In this document: positions 8,933 through 21,200 of the stretch, piece by piece
Numbering within the stretch: the stretch's first letter is position 1
Layout of the letters: each line of letters starts with the position of its first letter
Assembly (NCBI GenBank): GCA_017444365.1
Contig: JAFSWU010000005.1
Span: 2,500 to 66,499, forward strand
Reading direction: 5' to 3'
DNA from: Prevotella sp.
Lineage (GTDB): Bacteria > Bacteroidota > Bacteroidia > Bacteroidales > Bacteroidaceae
Length of the DNA stretch: 64,000 nucleotides
The notes under the pieces: generated by a model
Databases searched by the model: none
What the model saw: the letters and a program-made list of their open reading frames with translations, nothing else
Told to the model about the DNA's origin: nothing
Made by a program: the position numbers and the translations under genes

Positions 8933-11900
8933 TTAAAGATTGATTCTTAATCCAAAAGTGAATGAGCGGCTCAGTGCCACGTTACCCGGGTCGATACCCT
9001 GATAGAGCACGGAGTTGGAAGCAGAGAATTCGGGATCGCTGCCCAGATAGTGCGTCAGAGTAAAGAGGTTGTTGGCTTCTGCCCAAACAGAGAGTCCCTG
9101 CAACCAAGAAAGAGCGAGGGGCACCTTGTAGGTGAGACGAAGGGTCTTCAGGCGCAGATAGCTGCCATCCTCAATCCAGCGGTCGCTGAAGCGTGCATTG
9201 CCTGCGGGGTCGCCATAGACGGCACGGGGCATATCAGTTACCTGATTCTCCACACGCCAGCGGTTGAGCATAGCGGTTGTCTGGTTGTAGAAGTTGTTAC
9301 CACCCTCAAGCAGTGAGCGCTGATAGTTGAACACGTCATTGCCCAGAGAGTAGTTGAAGCCTACATAGAGTGAGAAGTTCTTCCACATCACGTTGGTGAA
9401 GATGTTACCATAGATGTCGGGATTGGGATCGCCGATAATGGTCTTATCCTTCTCGTCGATGATGCCATCGCTATTGAGATCCACGAAGCGCATATCACCA
9501 GCCTGGAAGGGAATCAGGTCACCGGCAGTGGTGCGACGATAGAGATAGTCAGTTCCATTCTTGCCAGCCTGTGAAGCTGCATTCTCTGATGCGAGGACAC
9601 CATTGGTCTTGTAGCCGTAGAACACGCCAACGGGCTGACCAACGATGGTAGCAATGTTGTTGGTTCCATAGATAGAAGAGGTGTAGCCCTGAACATTGGC
9701 AACGATATTGCCATTGGCATCAAGGGTTCCGCCGTCAACGAAGATCTTATCATCATTCGGCAGCGACTTCACCTCGTTCTTGTAGTGACCTACGCTGGCA
9801 CCTACTTCGATATTCCAATCCTTGCTGATGAGCGGTTTGCCTGTCACGGTCAGTTCATAACCGGTGTTCTGCAACTTACCGCCATTGCTCCAATAGTTGT
9901 TGATACCGGCAACGGGGTTGTCGAAGCTCTTCAGGGTCAGCAGGTTGCGAGTGGTATGGATGTAGTAGTCAAAGTCAACACCCAAACGGTTGTTCAGGAA
10001 ATATCCCTTGAAACCGATATTGAACTTAGAGGTCTGCTCCCACTTGATCTTATCGTTACCGATATTGTCGAGCTGAGCCGCAGTAGAAGTGTTCAAGAAC
10101 TTGTAAGAGCTGAACGATGTGCGCGAAGCCATGATGTTGATATCATCGTTACCGGTGATTTCATATCCTGAACGCAGGAGGAAATAGTTGATACCCATGT
10201 TCTTCGGGAACCAAGACTCGTTGGTGACATTCCATCCCAACTGTACGCTGGGGAAGAAGCCCCATCTCACACCTGCCATTTTCAGTCCGTCTGCTTCCTT
10301 ACCGAAGCGGCTGTTACTTTCGAGAGCGGCAGAAACCTGAGCATAGTAGCGGTTCATGTAGTTATAGTCCACGTTGGCATACCATGTGATAGACTTCCAT
10401 TCGTCATCGACACCAGAGGCCTGCTTGAGCTGCATGTTGTCAGAGATGTTCGGCTGCTTGTCGTTACCACCCTCGGTGTGCATACCCTGAGGCTGGTTGT
10501 CATCATACTCGAAGGAGAGGAAGCGCAATCCACCATAGACATCGAGCGAGTGACGACCGAGCAGCTTTTTGTATGTCAAGCGCGTGTCACTGTTGATGCT
10601 GGTCTCCTTGGAGAACATAGACATGGCCAGGTCGTTCACGATGTTCACACCGGGAATCAAGAACTGCGGCATGCCTGTTACGGGACGATAGTAGCGCTGA
10701 GACACACGGTTGAGCAGGTAGCTGAAGGTCTCATAAAGAACGAGATCCTTTGTCCACTCCTCGCGTGTGGAGATAGCTGCATAGAACTCTGTGTTCTCTA
10801 CGCGGTTCTTGTTGATGGCATCACCGTTGGCAAGCAGAGCCGAGGGGTTACCCAGCGTCAGCGTTGGATCGTTCAGACCGGCCAGGAAGTCATCAGCTTC
10901 AGAGAAGGTTGACGACAGCACACCCGTATCATAATAGGTGTAGGGATTCAGGAACGGCGACTTGATGAGCGAAAGGAATGTCGGAGAAGCGATGGGGCTT
11001 GCACTGATATCCTCGGGAGCACCATTGTCAAATACATCGCGGTTGCTCTTGGTGAACGACATGTCGAAACGTGTCTTCAGTTTGGGAAGAATGGTGATGT
11101 CGGTATTGAAACGGACACTCAGACGGTTGAAGTCGTTGCGCTTGGCTGTGCTCTCACCTACCGTGTAACCCAAGGAGAGGTTGTACATACCAATGTCGTC
11201 ACCACCCTGTACGTTGATGTTGTAGTTCTGAGTCAGTGCATTCTTATACACCTCTTTCTTCCAGTCGGTATCCTGTCCAAAGTACTTGTAACGATAGATG
11301 TCACGCTCGGGATTCAGGAACTGGAACTTGACCTCATTGGTATAATAGGTGTTGATGTTGGGATAAGTTCCCAGCATCTCAGAAGCATACAGACGATACT
11401 GGTCTGCGTTCATCACATCAATCATCTTGGGAAGGGTCACCACGCCGATACCGATATTGGCATCGATGCGGGTTGCCATACTGCGACCGCGCTTGGTGTT
11501 AATCAGGATCACACCGTTGGCACCCTTGGCACCGTAGATGGAAGTACCGTTCTTGAGAACCTTCACTTCATCAATATCCTCGGGGTTGATGTTGAGCAAC
11601 AGATCGTTGTAGTCACCATAGTGCAGACCGCCACGGGTGGACTGAATATCGCGGACGATACCATCGACAACCACCAGCGGCTGGGCGTTGGAGTTCAGAG
11701 AGTTCAAACCACGGATAAACATAGCAGAACCGTAGCCGGGACCGCCCGAGCGGGAGATGGCATGAACATCGGCACCGAGGTTATTCTCAATGTCTGTGCT
11801 CACGTTGGTAGATGTCGTGTTCAGCAGCTTGGTGCCCTTGACGGCACGCACATCGCTCTGCTTGTCGTACATCTGAGTGAACTTGTCAGAAATCATCACC

Positions 11901-12277
11901 ACCTTCAGGCCATCGTTCTTGCCGATAGCCACATGCTGGCTCAGATATTGAGACGTATGGAAATACAATGCTGTGGCGAAGGTGGGCACCTTGATAGTGA
12001 ACTCACCCTTCTCGTTGGTCATGGCTGCAAAGCGATTGTCATTGAGCGTCTGTACCTGTACACCGGCCAGGGGAGCCTTGGTCACAGCGTCAATCACCTC
12101 ACCCTTGACTTCCATCATGGGATACTGAGGCGCTTTCGTCGCAGCCTTTTTCTTCACAACAGTCTCTTGCTGCACGGCTCCTTCGGCGTAAACCACCTCA
12201 TCATCCTGAGCGTATGCCGATGTGGAAATACCCATAGCCAATAGCAGGCTGAGATAAAGAATATTATGCTTTTTCAT
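8933..12277 (-). CDS. SusC/RagA-family TonB-dependent transporter
   Basis: IRGLNSL..QPLVVVDG, NPEDI..LKNGTSIYGAKGANGVILINTKRG, IGDPNPD, EDGSYLRLK. Confidence 0.95.
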   Translation of the reverse strand: MKKHNILYLSLLLAMGISTSAYAQDDEVVYAEGAVQQETVVKKKAATKAPQYPMMEVKGEVIDAVTKAPLAGVQVQTLNDNRFAAMTNEKGEFTIKVPTFATALYFHTSQYLSQHVAIGKNDGLKVVMISDKFTQMYDKQSDVRAVKGTKLLNTTSTNVSTDIENNLGADVHAISRSGGPGYGSAMFIRGLNSLNSNAQPLVVVDGIVRDIQSTRGGLHYGDYNDLLLNINPEDIDEVKVLKNGTSIYGAKGANGVILINTKRGRSMATRIDANIGIGVVTLPKMIDVMNADQYRLYASEMLGTYPNINTYYTNEVKFQFLNPERDIYRYKYFGQDTDWKKEVYKNALTQNYNINVQGGDDIGMYNLSLGYTVGESTAKRNDFNRLSVRFNTDITILPKLKTRFDMSFTKSNRDVFDNGAPEDISASPIASPTFLSLIKSPFLNPYTYYDTGVLSSTFSEADDFLAGLNDPTLTLGNPSALLANGDAINKNRVENTEFYAAISTREEWTKDLVLYETFSYLLNRVSQRYYRPVTGMPQFLIPGVNIVNDLAMSMFSKETSINSDTRLTYKKLLGRHSLDVYGGLRFLSFEYDDNQPQGMHTEGGNDKQPNISDNMQLKQASGVDDEWKSITWYANVDYNYMNRYYAQVSAALESNSRFGKEADGLKMAGVRWGFFPSVQLGWNVTNESWFPKNMGINYFLLRSGYEITGNDDINIMASRTSFSSYKFLNTSTAAQLDNIGNDKIKWEQTSKFNIGFKGYFLNNRLGVDFDYYIHTTRNLLTLKSFDNPVAGINNYWSNGGKLQNTGYELTVTGKPLISKDWNIEVGASVGHYKNEVKSLPNDDKIFVDGGTLDANGNIVANVQGYTSSIYGTNNIATIVGQPVGVFYGYKTNGVLASENAASQAGKNGTDYLYRRTTAGDLIPFQAGDMRFVDLNSDGIIDEKDKTIIGDPNPDIYGNIFTNVMWKNFSLYVGFNYSLGNDVFNYQRSLLEGGNNFYNQTTAMLNRWRVENQVTDMPRAVYGDPAGNARFSDRWIEDGSYLRLKTLRLTYKVPLALSWLQGLSVWAEANNLFTLTHYLGSDPEFSASNSVLYQGIDPGNVALSRSFTFGLRINL

Positions 12278-12302
12278 CTTATACTACTTTTATAATTACG
12301 AC

Positions 12303-14210
12303 TTAATGTGTAGCAAAATACCGATATTCTGGACGTTCTTTCGCCATATAGTCAGGATGTGCTTTGAGGTACTCCTGCAACTCACGCGGAACGAGCAGAA
12401 TGCAGTCCAAACGAATGGTAGGATCGCAATCGACACGGACATTTCCTTCAGGAGTAGAGATACGCGCGTTTGATCTGGTCATGATATGGAGCGACGGACG
12501 GCAGATGTTGCCCGTTGCATACGTATCCAGACCATAGTAACACATCGGGAACTTCTGGTAGCCCAAGAAGAGCGTATCAATCTTTCCTGCTTCAGAAACC
12601 TTCACACCGGTAGTAACCGAGAACTTCTTGCCATTTTCATCCATCAGATAGTCCAGACCAGAACGTGTACGAACCTTATTCTTATCATCATAAGTGGTTG
12701 TACCATTCAGTTTACCATTTGCATCATGGAAGCTGATCTGGGGAAGCAGCGCGTAAGGCAGTACTTCCTCTTCACTTCCGGCAGCACTCTTGATGTTGCT
12801 CGGAACCATCACGGCATAGATGGCATACTCTGTAGAAACCACATTGGGCAGATAGACATCAAAGATCGGAGCCGTACCGGCAGAGTTAGAGATGATGGCG
12901 TAACGGTGGCTGGAAACGGAACCCTTCACATCGGGATTCTGTGTCGTGCTGTTTACATTGTCATAAACAGCGTCATAATCGCTACTGACAATCAGGTTCT
13001 GGTTCGACTCACCCTCCACCTTGATGATGGGTGCCCAGCCGTTCCATGCGCGCAGATTCAAGTTGTCCGTAATCCACAAGGCACCATTACTCTTATCGTA
13101 ACGTTTAGCACCGTCGAAGAGATAATCAGCATCTTCCTTGTAGAGCACCTGGCAATAGGAAGAAACGATGGAGTCGCCTTCCTGGAACTTGTCACCAGGC
13201 TTCAGGTCATCCAAACGTGTGTTGAGATAGTTGTGATTGTTATAAATCAGGTTACTCATCATCAGGTTCTGCACCGTGAGCTCACGCAGTGAGTCAGCAT
13301 TGAACTTGATGCTATCCATCGTTGCAGAGGTCTTGCCAGTCTCTGAGACATCATCGAAGACAAAATCCGAAACATAGTGGAAATAATCTCCGATGCTTTC
13401 TATACCCGAATCCCAGGCTGCGTCGGTGGGAACCAACATGGTGTAGCTACTGTCCTCACGGTTGATGTAGGAACCGCCGCCGTCAATAAACATACCATCC
13501 TTATAGGTCATCATCTGCATGAACAGATCGTTGGTAGCGTAGAACACAGAGTCGAGATAAGTGATCTGACCATCTACGATAGGACCTACAACCGATCTTC
13601 CGGGAAGGAAGGTACTGTCGTCAAACGAGTGGAAATAGTTGCTGAAGGAGCCGATGGGACCCGAGTGAGTGTTCAGACTCTCATAGATATTCTTCAAGTA
13701 AGACAGCGGATGAGCCAACTCGTGGATGACACCATTCTTGCTGGGAATATTCACATTGGCCACAGGCACATTGTCCATCGTATATCCGCCTGCACCGAGC
13801 TTGAAGGAAAGCACCTTTCCGCTCAGCATGAAGACCGATTCATTAATGTCACCCGATGCAACGAAGTTGCTGCGTGCCACATGGTTCTTGATGAATTCAT
13901 TTTTCAACGTGTCAAGGCTCAGGGCATTGAGGCTGTCAAAGTTCAGTTCGCTATTGACAGGAGCCCACACCGTGAACGACTGCGACGAGGAGAGAAGAGA
14001 ATCATATCCAGCTTTCTCTAACAGAGTGGCAAAGCTGGAGAGCTCTGGGTGATTGGTTTTGATATTATCCCACAGAGTGATATTGGACTCTCCAATAGAC
14101 GGGGTCACATCATAGTGATCGTCCCAGTCATGGCACGCAGCTGTGAAAGCTCCCGTGCAGACGAGAGCCGCAGCTACGATTGCGTTTCTATATATCATTT
14201 TCCTTTTCAT
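12303..14210 (-). CDS. Fasciclin (FAS1)-like lipoprotein
   Basis: Lipobox TAAC; FTVWAPVN, NGVIHEL and YTMLVPTDAAW FAS1 H1/H2 motifs. Confidence 0.8.
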   Translation of the reverse strand: MKRKMIYRNAIVAAALVCTGAFTAACHDWDDHYDVTPSIGESNITLWDNIKTNHPELSSFATLLEKAGYDSLLSSSQSFTVWAPVNSELNFDSLNALSLDTLKNEFIKNHVARSNFVASGDINESVFMLSGKVLSFKLGAGGYTMDNVPVANVNIPSKNGVIHELAHPLSYLKNIYESLNTHSGPIGSFSNYFHSFDDSTFLPGRSVVGPIVDGQITYLDSVFYATNDLFMQMMTYKDGMFIDGGGSYINREDSSYTMLVPTDAAWDSGIESIGDYFHYVSDFVFDDVSETGKTSATMDSIKFNADSLRELTVQNLMMSNLIYNNHNYLNTRLDDLKPGDKFQEGDSIVSSYCQVLYKEDADYLFDGAKRYDKSNGALWITDNLNLRAWNGWAPIIKVEGESNQNLIVSSDYDAVYDNVNSTTQNPDVKGSVSSHRYAIISNSAGTAPIFDVYLPNVVSTEYAIYAVMVPSNIKSAAGSEEEVLPYALLPQISFHDANGKLNGTTTYDDKNKVRTRSGLDYLMDENGKKFSVTTGVKVSEAGKIDTLFLGYQKFPMCYYGLDTYATGNICRPSLHIMTRSNARISTPEGNVRVDCDPTIRLDCILLVPRELQEYLKAHPDYMAKERPEYRYFATH

Positions 14211-14228
14211 ATTGCTTGCAGGTTTTAA

Positions 14229-16361
14229 TTAGAACAAGTCCTCAAGATAAAGCGGGTTATTATAGACATACTCAGGAACCAGCTCGATATAGTCGAGGTG
14301 GAACTGTGTACCCGTGTTTTCCGGCAGCACGGTCTTGAATCGCAGCCAGTACTCACCCTGTCCGAGCTGTCCTTTATAGACGATACGGCGCAAGTCCTGA
14401 GCGTTGGCGCGTGCAAGCGTCGATCCAACCAGATAATAGAGCGGTCCGCGCAACCAACCCAGGTTGTGCATGTTCTTATCGGTCTGTACACCCCAGTCCT
14501 TCTCATTGGTATAGAGAGTCCAACCGGTAGCGATGTTTGCGTCACTCTGGTTGTTACTGGTGCTGGGCACGTTACGCATGTCGAGCGGGATGTCGGTAGC
14601 AACCATGTCTGCTTGGTTATTGGTTCTTCCAAGGAACACCTGCATCATGCCTCGGTTACCGTTGGCGGTGTAACCCATTCGGATTTCATACATACCAGCC
14701 GGTACGGGCGGCAGACGCATAGCGAAGTCGAAGGCACCCATACAGTTGAACTCGTCCTTCTGATAGTTACTCCAACCATTGCCGGAACCAGAGAGGTAAT
14801 ACATGTGTGTATCGTCGCCGTTGTACATCTTCATATAGTCGAAGTAGTTGTAGGGGATACGGATGTAGTCACCGCCCAGAGCGGCTTCAGCACCCGACTT
14901 ACCACCATTCTTACTGTTGATGTAAGCATAGGTAGCGCAACGGAAGCTGTTGTTCATCATCTCGGGGAAGAGAGCGGTATCATCGAAGCGGAGACGCTCG
15001 CGCAACACTTCCTGAGGCACTGAGGCATTGTAGGTCATAATACCACTGATACAGTGAATATAACCATTCAGCGGCTGCTGGTAGTCCTTGCGCTGGTCGA
15101 TGGCATAGCCCGGCATGAGTACGTCGTGCTTGGGAACATCCAGCACATAGTCGTATGAGTTGCCGCTGGAAGTTTCAACAGTATCCTCACTCTGCTCCTG
15201 GATAGTCTCAATGAGCGTGTTGTTCGAAATGATGCGGTTCACATAGCGTGTTCCGGTAACCTCATCAGCCGAAACCTTCATCAGTGTGAAAGGCAGCATG
15301 GTCTCGTTGTACTCATAGAAGCCCACCTTGGCACTGGCCTCGTTCAGGCCTGTATAGACAAGTTTGTCATACGGAATCTTATACTTCACGATGTGGTAGC
15401 GGACGAACATGTTCAAGCAGTTCCAGGGATTGGTATAGTCATCACCGGTACTGATCTGAATATTGTTATCCCTCACATAGTCATACCACTGTGCGCAATC
15501 CTTATAGGTGCGGTTAGCATAATCACGAAGCTTGTCGAAAGTACCCAGTCCGGCACGTTTCAGCACGTCATCGGGCTCAACGAAGAGGGTGAAGCCGACA
15601 GCACAATCCGTCGGAACGTAGAAGTTATAGGAATTGTCAACCGAGTATTCCATGGGGTCGCCATTGGGCTGGCGCTTCACTGACTCAAGCAGTTCGTCAG
15701 CCAGACCTGTCTTCATCAGTGCCTCTGAGAAGATGCTGAAGAAGTCGTACTTGCCCAACTCATTCGGCAGCAAGCTGTTCGAGCGTGTCAGCATGCTATT
15801 GATGACGTGCAGCACACCGTTCTCAAGTTCGTTGTCGATACTTGTAATCTCAGAATACGAGTTCACCACGGTGTTACCAGTCTTGGTATTCACACTGGTT
15901 GTGAGCTCACGTCCCAGCATGGTAGTGATGGTCGTACCAGGTCCCATATCTACGGCCCAGTATTCGCGGAAATCGACGAGGTGGAACTTCGCAATATCCA
16001 CACAGAGAGAGTCGGAAAGACCTTCCACACCTTCTACGGTCATACCGTTATGGTCTGTACGGGTGGTGTCGTTCCAGAGGCTATCGACATAGATCTGTAC
16101 AGCCTCGTTCACGGGTGCGAAGCAAGTATATTTACCGTATGCGCTGAGCACCTTGTCAAGTCCAGCTCTCTGCAGAATGTAGTTGAAGTCGCTGAACTCA
16201 GGCTCCGAAGCAAGATAGTCTTCGATGGTCTGACCGGTTGCTGTATAGAGGTTCGACTCGTCCAAATCCTCAGAGCAGCTGGTCAGTCCGATGGCGGCGG
16301 GCAGGATGGCTGCCACAACCGCTATTTGGCTAAAAAGCCTTTTATAATTAATCGTTTTCAT
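14229..16361 (-). CDS. Fasciclin (FAS1)-like lipoprotein with a C-terminal beta-sandwich
   Basis: Lipobox LTSC; YTCFAPVNEA, NGVLHVI, FTLFVEPD, NGYIHCI. Confidence 0.82.
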   Translation of the reverse strand: MKTINYKRLFSQIAVVAAILPAAIGLTSCSEDLDESNLYTATGQTIEDYLASEPEFSDFNYILQRAGLDKVLSAYGKYTCFAPVNEAVQIYVDSLWNDTTRTDHNGMTVEGVEGLSDSLCVDIAKFHLVDFREYWAVDMGPGTTITTMLGRELTTSVNTKTGNTVVNSYSEITSIDNELENGVLHVINSMLTRSNSLLPNELGKYDFFSIFSEALMKTGLADELLESVKRQPNGDPMEYSVDNSYNFYVPTDCAVGFTLFVEPDDVLKRAGLGTFDKLRDYANRTYKDCAQWYDYVRDNNIQISTGDDYTNPWNCLNMFVRYHIVKYKIPYDKLVYTGLNEASAKVGFYEYNETMLPFTLMKVSADEVTGTRYVNRIISNNTLIETIQEQSEDTVETSSGNSYDYVLDVPKHDVLMPGYAIDQRKDYQQPLNGYIHCISGIMTYNASVPQEVLRERLRFDDTALFPEMMNNSFRCATYAYINSKNGGKSGAEAALGGDYIRIPYNYFDYMKMYNGDDTHMYYLSGSGNGWSNYQKDEFNCMGAFDFAMRLPPVPAGMYEIRMGYTANGNRGMMQVFLGRTNNQADMVATDIPLDMRNVPSTSNNQSDANIATGWTLYTNEKDWGVQTDKNMHNLGWLRGPLYYLVGSTLARANAQDLRRIVYKGQLGQGEYWLRFKTVLPENTGTQFHLDYIELVPEYVYNNPLYLEDLF

Positions 16362-16367
16362 ACGCCG

Positions 16368-18209
16368 TTAGTTTTTTTCCATTGATTTGTCCTCTTTCCA
16401 TACAGGATTCTGAATCAGGAGCTTGTTGACCTTCGTGTCGTTGAGCGGAATCGGCCAGTAGAGATGGGCTTCAGCCTTCATCTTTGCCTTCACCGACTCA
16501 CCGCCGGCAGCAATCTTTCTTACCATGAGGGTCTTCATGTCTTCATAGATTGCCGGAAAGTTCTCGGGATCATCATACTCCACCATTCTCTTGGTGATAT
16601 CCACGCCGTCCATGTGTCTATAAGCGTAACGCATCAGGTCGAACCAGCGTTTTCCCTCGAAGCAGAGTTCGCGGAGTCGCTCTGCGAGCACCAACTGTTC
16701 CATACCGGCCTGTGTGCCGAAGGTAGAAGACCATGTCAGCGAGTCGAGCAAAGTCTTGTCGGCATCAGACTCCACGGAGTTTCTTGCGCGGGTGCGAAGA
16801 GGAATCCATGAACGGTCGTTCACTTCCTTCACCAACTGGTAAGCCTCGTTGTACTGTGCGGTACCTCTTGAGCCACCATCAACCCATACGAGGGCTTCAG
16901 CCTTCATCAGCATGATGTCGGTCAGGCGATAGACAATCCAGTCCATACCGTATGTATCGTATGAAGGCGTGGATGCCTCGGCCTTTTTCTGTCCGTTGGT
17001 TGTACGTCTCTGAGAGCTGGAATACCAGTCAGAGGTTGCCACCATCTTGCGGATACCGAGCTGCTTCTCAAGTGAGTTGTTCACGTCGAAGACGTTGTTC
17101 CAGAAGCGATAGTCGTGCTGGTTCAGATAGACGCTCTTGGTGGAGCTGTTACCCGTCTGGAAGAAGCATTCCATCGAAGCATACACATTAGGTTCAGCAT
17201 AGCTGCTGGAACGTCTCATGTACCATGTAGCGAGTGTGGTGTTACCAAAGCCGGAGATGTTCTGGAACTGCCACTCAAGAATGCTCTCGCGAGAGTTTCT
17301 CTGGGCACCGAAGAGCATCATGTGAGCCGACGAACCGTCGAGGAGGTGATACTTCTCGTTCTCATCGATACGGATGAGGCTGCTCAACTCTGCCATATCC
17401 TTGCGATACTTGGCATCCATGGCATCAATCACCTTGTCGCAGTACTCGATACACTTCTGATAGTCCGAGTTGGCACCTGCAGGATCGGAGTTGTGCTTCA
17501 TGGAAGCTCTCCACAGGTAGATGTCGGCCATCAGTGCCCAAACAGAGTTCTTGGTGAAGTAAGCGTAGTTGCTACGTGTTTCGGGATAAGCGCCCGAGTT
17601 GAGCACCTTTCTCTGTGCATATTCCAGGTCCTCGATGCAGCACTGCAGCACGCTGTCGGGATTATGCTGCGGAATACCCTCCACCTCTGTATCCTTCTCG
17701 TAGGAATGCTCGGTGTAAGGCACGTCGCGGAAAGCTCTGACGAGATAGAAGTAGCACAAGCTGCGCAGTGCTCTCATCTGTCCTTCAGCCTCTTCGCGGT
17801 CACCCTGGTAGAACTGGGGGTCGGAAGCAACAACGTCGTCCAAGTGGTTCAATACGATGTTACAACGGTTGATCACTCCCCAGAACGCACTGTAGTCGCA
17901 ATATCCGTTACTCGGCATGATGTTTGCCGCGTCGATATTGTCAATGGTCTTACTGTTCAAAGAAGTATAGACTTCCATTTCATCAGAACGGTAAGAACCC
18001 CACATGATGGCTTTCTCCTGGATGTTGCTTTCCGTCATCATCTTGTAGGCACCTGCCACCATTTCCTTGACATCCTCCTTGGTTTTCCAGAAGTCTTCGC
18101 CAATGGTTTTATCCGTCGGATAGATGGTCAGGAAGTCGTTACATGATGTCAGCGGCATAGCCACGGCAGCCACCACGACACCTATTTTAAATATATTCTT
18201 GACTTTCAT
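16368..18209 (-). CDS. SusD/RagB-family lipoprotein
   Basis: Lipobox LTSC; GQMRALRSLCYFYLVR; YRLTDIMLMKAEA; ELCFEGKRWFDLMR; start taken at MKVKNI. Confidence 0.93.
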   Translation of the reverse strand: MKVKNIFKIGVVVAAVAMPLTSCNDFLTIYPTDKTIGEDFWKTKEDVKEMVAGAYKMMTESNIQEKAIMWGSYRSDEMEVYTSLNSKTIDNIDAANIMPSNGYCDYSAFWGVINRCNIVLNHLDDVVASDPQFYQGDREEAEGQMRALRSLCYFYLVRAFRDVPYTEHSYEKDTEVEGIPQHNPDSVLQCCIEDLEYAQRKVLNSGAYPETRSNYAYFTKNSVWALMADIYLWRASMKHNSDPAGANSDYQKCIEYCDKVIDAMDAKYRKDMAELSSLIRIDENEKYHLLDGSSAHMMLFGAQRNSRESILEWQFQNISGFGNTTLATWYMRRSSSYAEPNVYASMECFFQTGNSSTKSVYLNQHDYRFWNNVFDVNNSLEKQLGIRKMVATSDWYSSSQRRTTNGQKKAEASTPSYDTYGMDWIVYRLTDIMLMKAEALVWVDGGSRGTAQYNEAYQLVKEVNDRSWIPLRTRARNSVESDADKTLLDSLTWSSTFGTQAGMEQLVLAERLRELCFEGKRWFDLMRYAYRHMDGVDITKRMVEYDDPENFPAIYEDMKTLMVRKIAAGGESVKAKMKAEAHLYWPIPLNDTKVNKLLIQNPVWKEDKSMEKN

Positions 18210-18222
18210 ATCTGATTCTGTT

Positions 18223-21200
18223 TTAGAAACCAACGTTAATATTCAAAGTAACCGACTTGGAACGCGGTGTCAGCGATCCGTCGTAAGCAACGCCCCATGT
18301 CTTCGGTGCCACCTCAGGCTCGATGCCGCTATACTTGGACAATACGAAGAGGTTCTGTGCGGAGAGGCTCAGTTGCAGACGACGCAGGCCGATAGCCTTG
18401 AGCATCTTCTTGTTGAAGTTGTAGTTCAGCTGAACGTAGCTGAGACGTACGAAAGAAGCATCCTCCACATAGCGGTCACTACCGAGAGAGTTCCAACCGG
18501 TGTTGTAGAGTGCGCGCGGCATCACGGTGATGTCACCGCTCTTACGCCAACGCCAGTTCACTGATGACAGCTGGTTGTAGGAACCATACATTTCCTCCAG
18601 TCCTCTACGTGCGCTGTTCACGACCTTCATACCTGTACGGAAGCTGAAGCTGGTCTTCAATGACCAGTCGCCATAGAAGAAGTTGAATCCGAAACCACCC
18701 ATGAACTTCGGGTTGGCATTGCCGAGATAGACAACGTCGAGACCGTTGATCTGGCCGTCGTGGTTCACATCCTCGTAGATGGCGTCACCACCCTTGAAGT
18801 AGTAGTTGGTACCGTCGTAGTCATACATGAGGCTCTTCGGTGTACCATTGGAGTTCATCACCACGTGTCCGTTGTCGTCGATCACCACAGGAGCGGTGTG
18901 CGGGTCGGCATCGGTAGAGCTTGCGAACCAGTCGTTGAGCTTCTGTCTGTATGCGTCCTCGCTGAGCTCAGCACCCGTCACGGGGTCTTTTCTCATTTCG
19001 ATCAGGTCGTCATACTCGTAGCGGTAAACGCCCTTGTAGCGGTATCCGTAGATAGATCCGAGCGGGTTACCCACCTGAATGCGGTTGAGGTATCCTGTTC
19101 TGTCGGAGGCTTTCCATTCGCTGTTGATAGACTCAAGCACGCTCTCGTCCATCTTCACGATTTCGTTGAAGTTCTGAGAGATGTTGAAGTTGGCACTCAT
19201 CGAGAACTTACCGATCTTGAGGAACTTGTTACCCTCGATGTTCAACTCCCATCCTTTGTTCTCCATGTCGCCGACATTGGTCCAGGGCAGTGAGGAGAAA
19301 CCGGTGGTATAGGGAATACGTACACCTGACATCAGCAGGTTCTTGGTCTTCTTGTAATAGTAGTTGAAGTCACCGGTGATCAAGTCGTTGAAGAATCCGA
19401 AGTTACCACCGATGTTGTAAGACATCGTGCGCTCCCACTGCAGCTTGTCGAGCTGGAGGCTTTCGAGGTAGGCAACGTTCTGTCCGGCATAGATACCGCT
19501 GATGTTATACTTGGCATACTGCAGGTACTCGCTACCGGGCTGGTTACCCACGATACCCCAAGAGGGACGGAATGCCAACATGGAGAGCCACTTCTTCGAC
19601 CACTTCATGAAGGGTTCGTCGCTGATGTTCCAACGTCCGGAGAGACCGGGGAAGATACCCCACTTCTTGTCGTCACCGAACTTGGTTGTACCGTCCACAC
19701 GGACTGAGAAGTCCATGGCGTAGCGTGACTTGTAAGAGAGGTGTCCGGAGTAGATACCTGACATGGAGCGCCATTCACCGTTACCGGTGCTCATGTTACG
19801 CAGGTAACCGGCCACAGAGGGTGATGTGATTCCGTTAGGAATGTTCGATGTCACGAGGTTCTGGTGGTTGTTGGTACCTGTTGTGAGCTCACCGCGGATC
19901 AACATCGTCGAGAACCAGTCCTGGTTCTTGAAGTGCGGGGTGAAGGTCAGCGTGTGACGGGTCGTAATGGCAAGTGAGTTGTAGTCGTACTGCTCGGAGT
20001 GGTTGTAGTTACCGGTGCTCCATGCGTCGGTGGACAGCGAACCGGGCCAGTACTTGGGCTCACTCTTCGAGAAGATGTCGATATAGACCAGTCCCGTATA
20101 GTCGAGACGCGTGTGGTCATCTTCCTTACCGAGGAGATAATAGTCGAGTTTGAACTCCGGCGAGATACGGTAGGTTTCCTCCTTGCGCCATGCGAGGTTG
20201 GCAATGGCTACGGGGTTGCCCAGTGAGCGGATAGCCGAGAGCTGGCGAGAAGAAGTACCTGTTACTGAAGAACCTGCTTCGTCGCTGCTTCCCGACGGCA
20301 TCATGATATAGTACTCGTTGGTGTCCTGTTCGTCGGCACCCTGGCGATAGACGCTCATGTTCGGAGCCATCTTCTGTGCGATAGGCAGGATGTCGGTATA
20401 GTTACGGTTGTTTTCCGTATAGGTCAGCGGGAAGGTTGTCGAGAACTTGATACGGTCACTGACGAAGTAGTCGAGCACGAGTTTCGTCGAGAAACGGTTC
20501 AGGGTCTGCTTGATGATAGTACCTTCCTGTTTGTCGTAACCGGCAGAGATACGGAAGTTAGCCTTTTCACCACCACCGGAGATCACCACGTAGTGATACT
20601 GGCTGATACCGGTCTGTGTCACTTCCTTCACCCAGTCGGTGTTGTTGTTCCAGTTCGGAGCGTCAGCCCACTGGTCGAAGGTGGGATAGTTGATTTCGTT
20701 GATGTTGTTGGTGAAGTTTCTGTTCTGTGTGGGGTTGTAGAACTCCTCTTTCAGCATCATGGTGTAGTCGTCACCATTGAGCAGGTTGTAACCCTTGGGC
20801 TGCCAGGAGGCCTGCAGACGGAACGAGTAATCGACCTTGGTGTTACCGCGGGCACCACGCTTGGTGGTAATTGAGATAACACCGTTGGCACCGCGTGAAC
20901 CCCAGATAGCGGTAGCGGCGGCATCCTTCAGAATGTCAATCTTGTCGATATCCTGCGGGTTCACAGAGAGCAGAGAAGCATAGGTTTCCTCGTTGGCGTT
21001 GGTGAAGTCGAAGTTTTCGTCGGGGTTGTCGAAGATGTTACCATCGACAACGATCAGCGGTTCAGCGGAACCGTTGATGGAGGTCACACCACGCAAGCGC
21101 ATAGAGGTACCTGCACCGAGGTTACCAGAGTTGGCGATAATGTCAAGACCGGCAATCTTACCTTGCAGAGCCTCGTCGGCCGAAGTAAAGGAAAGACCTT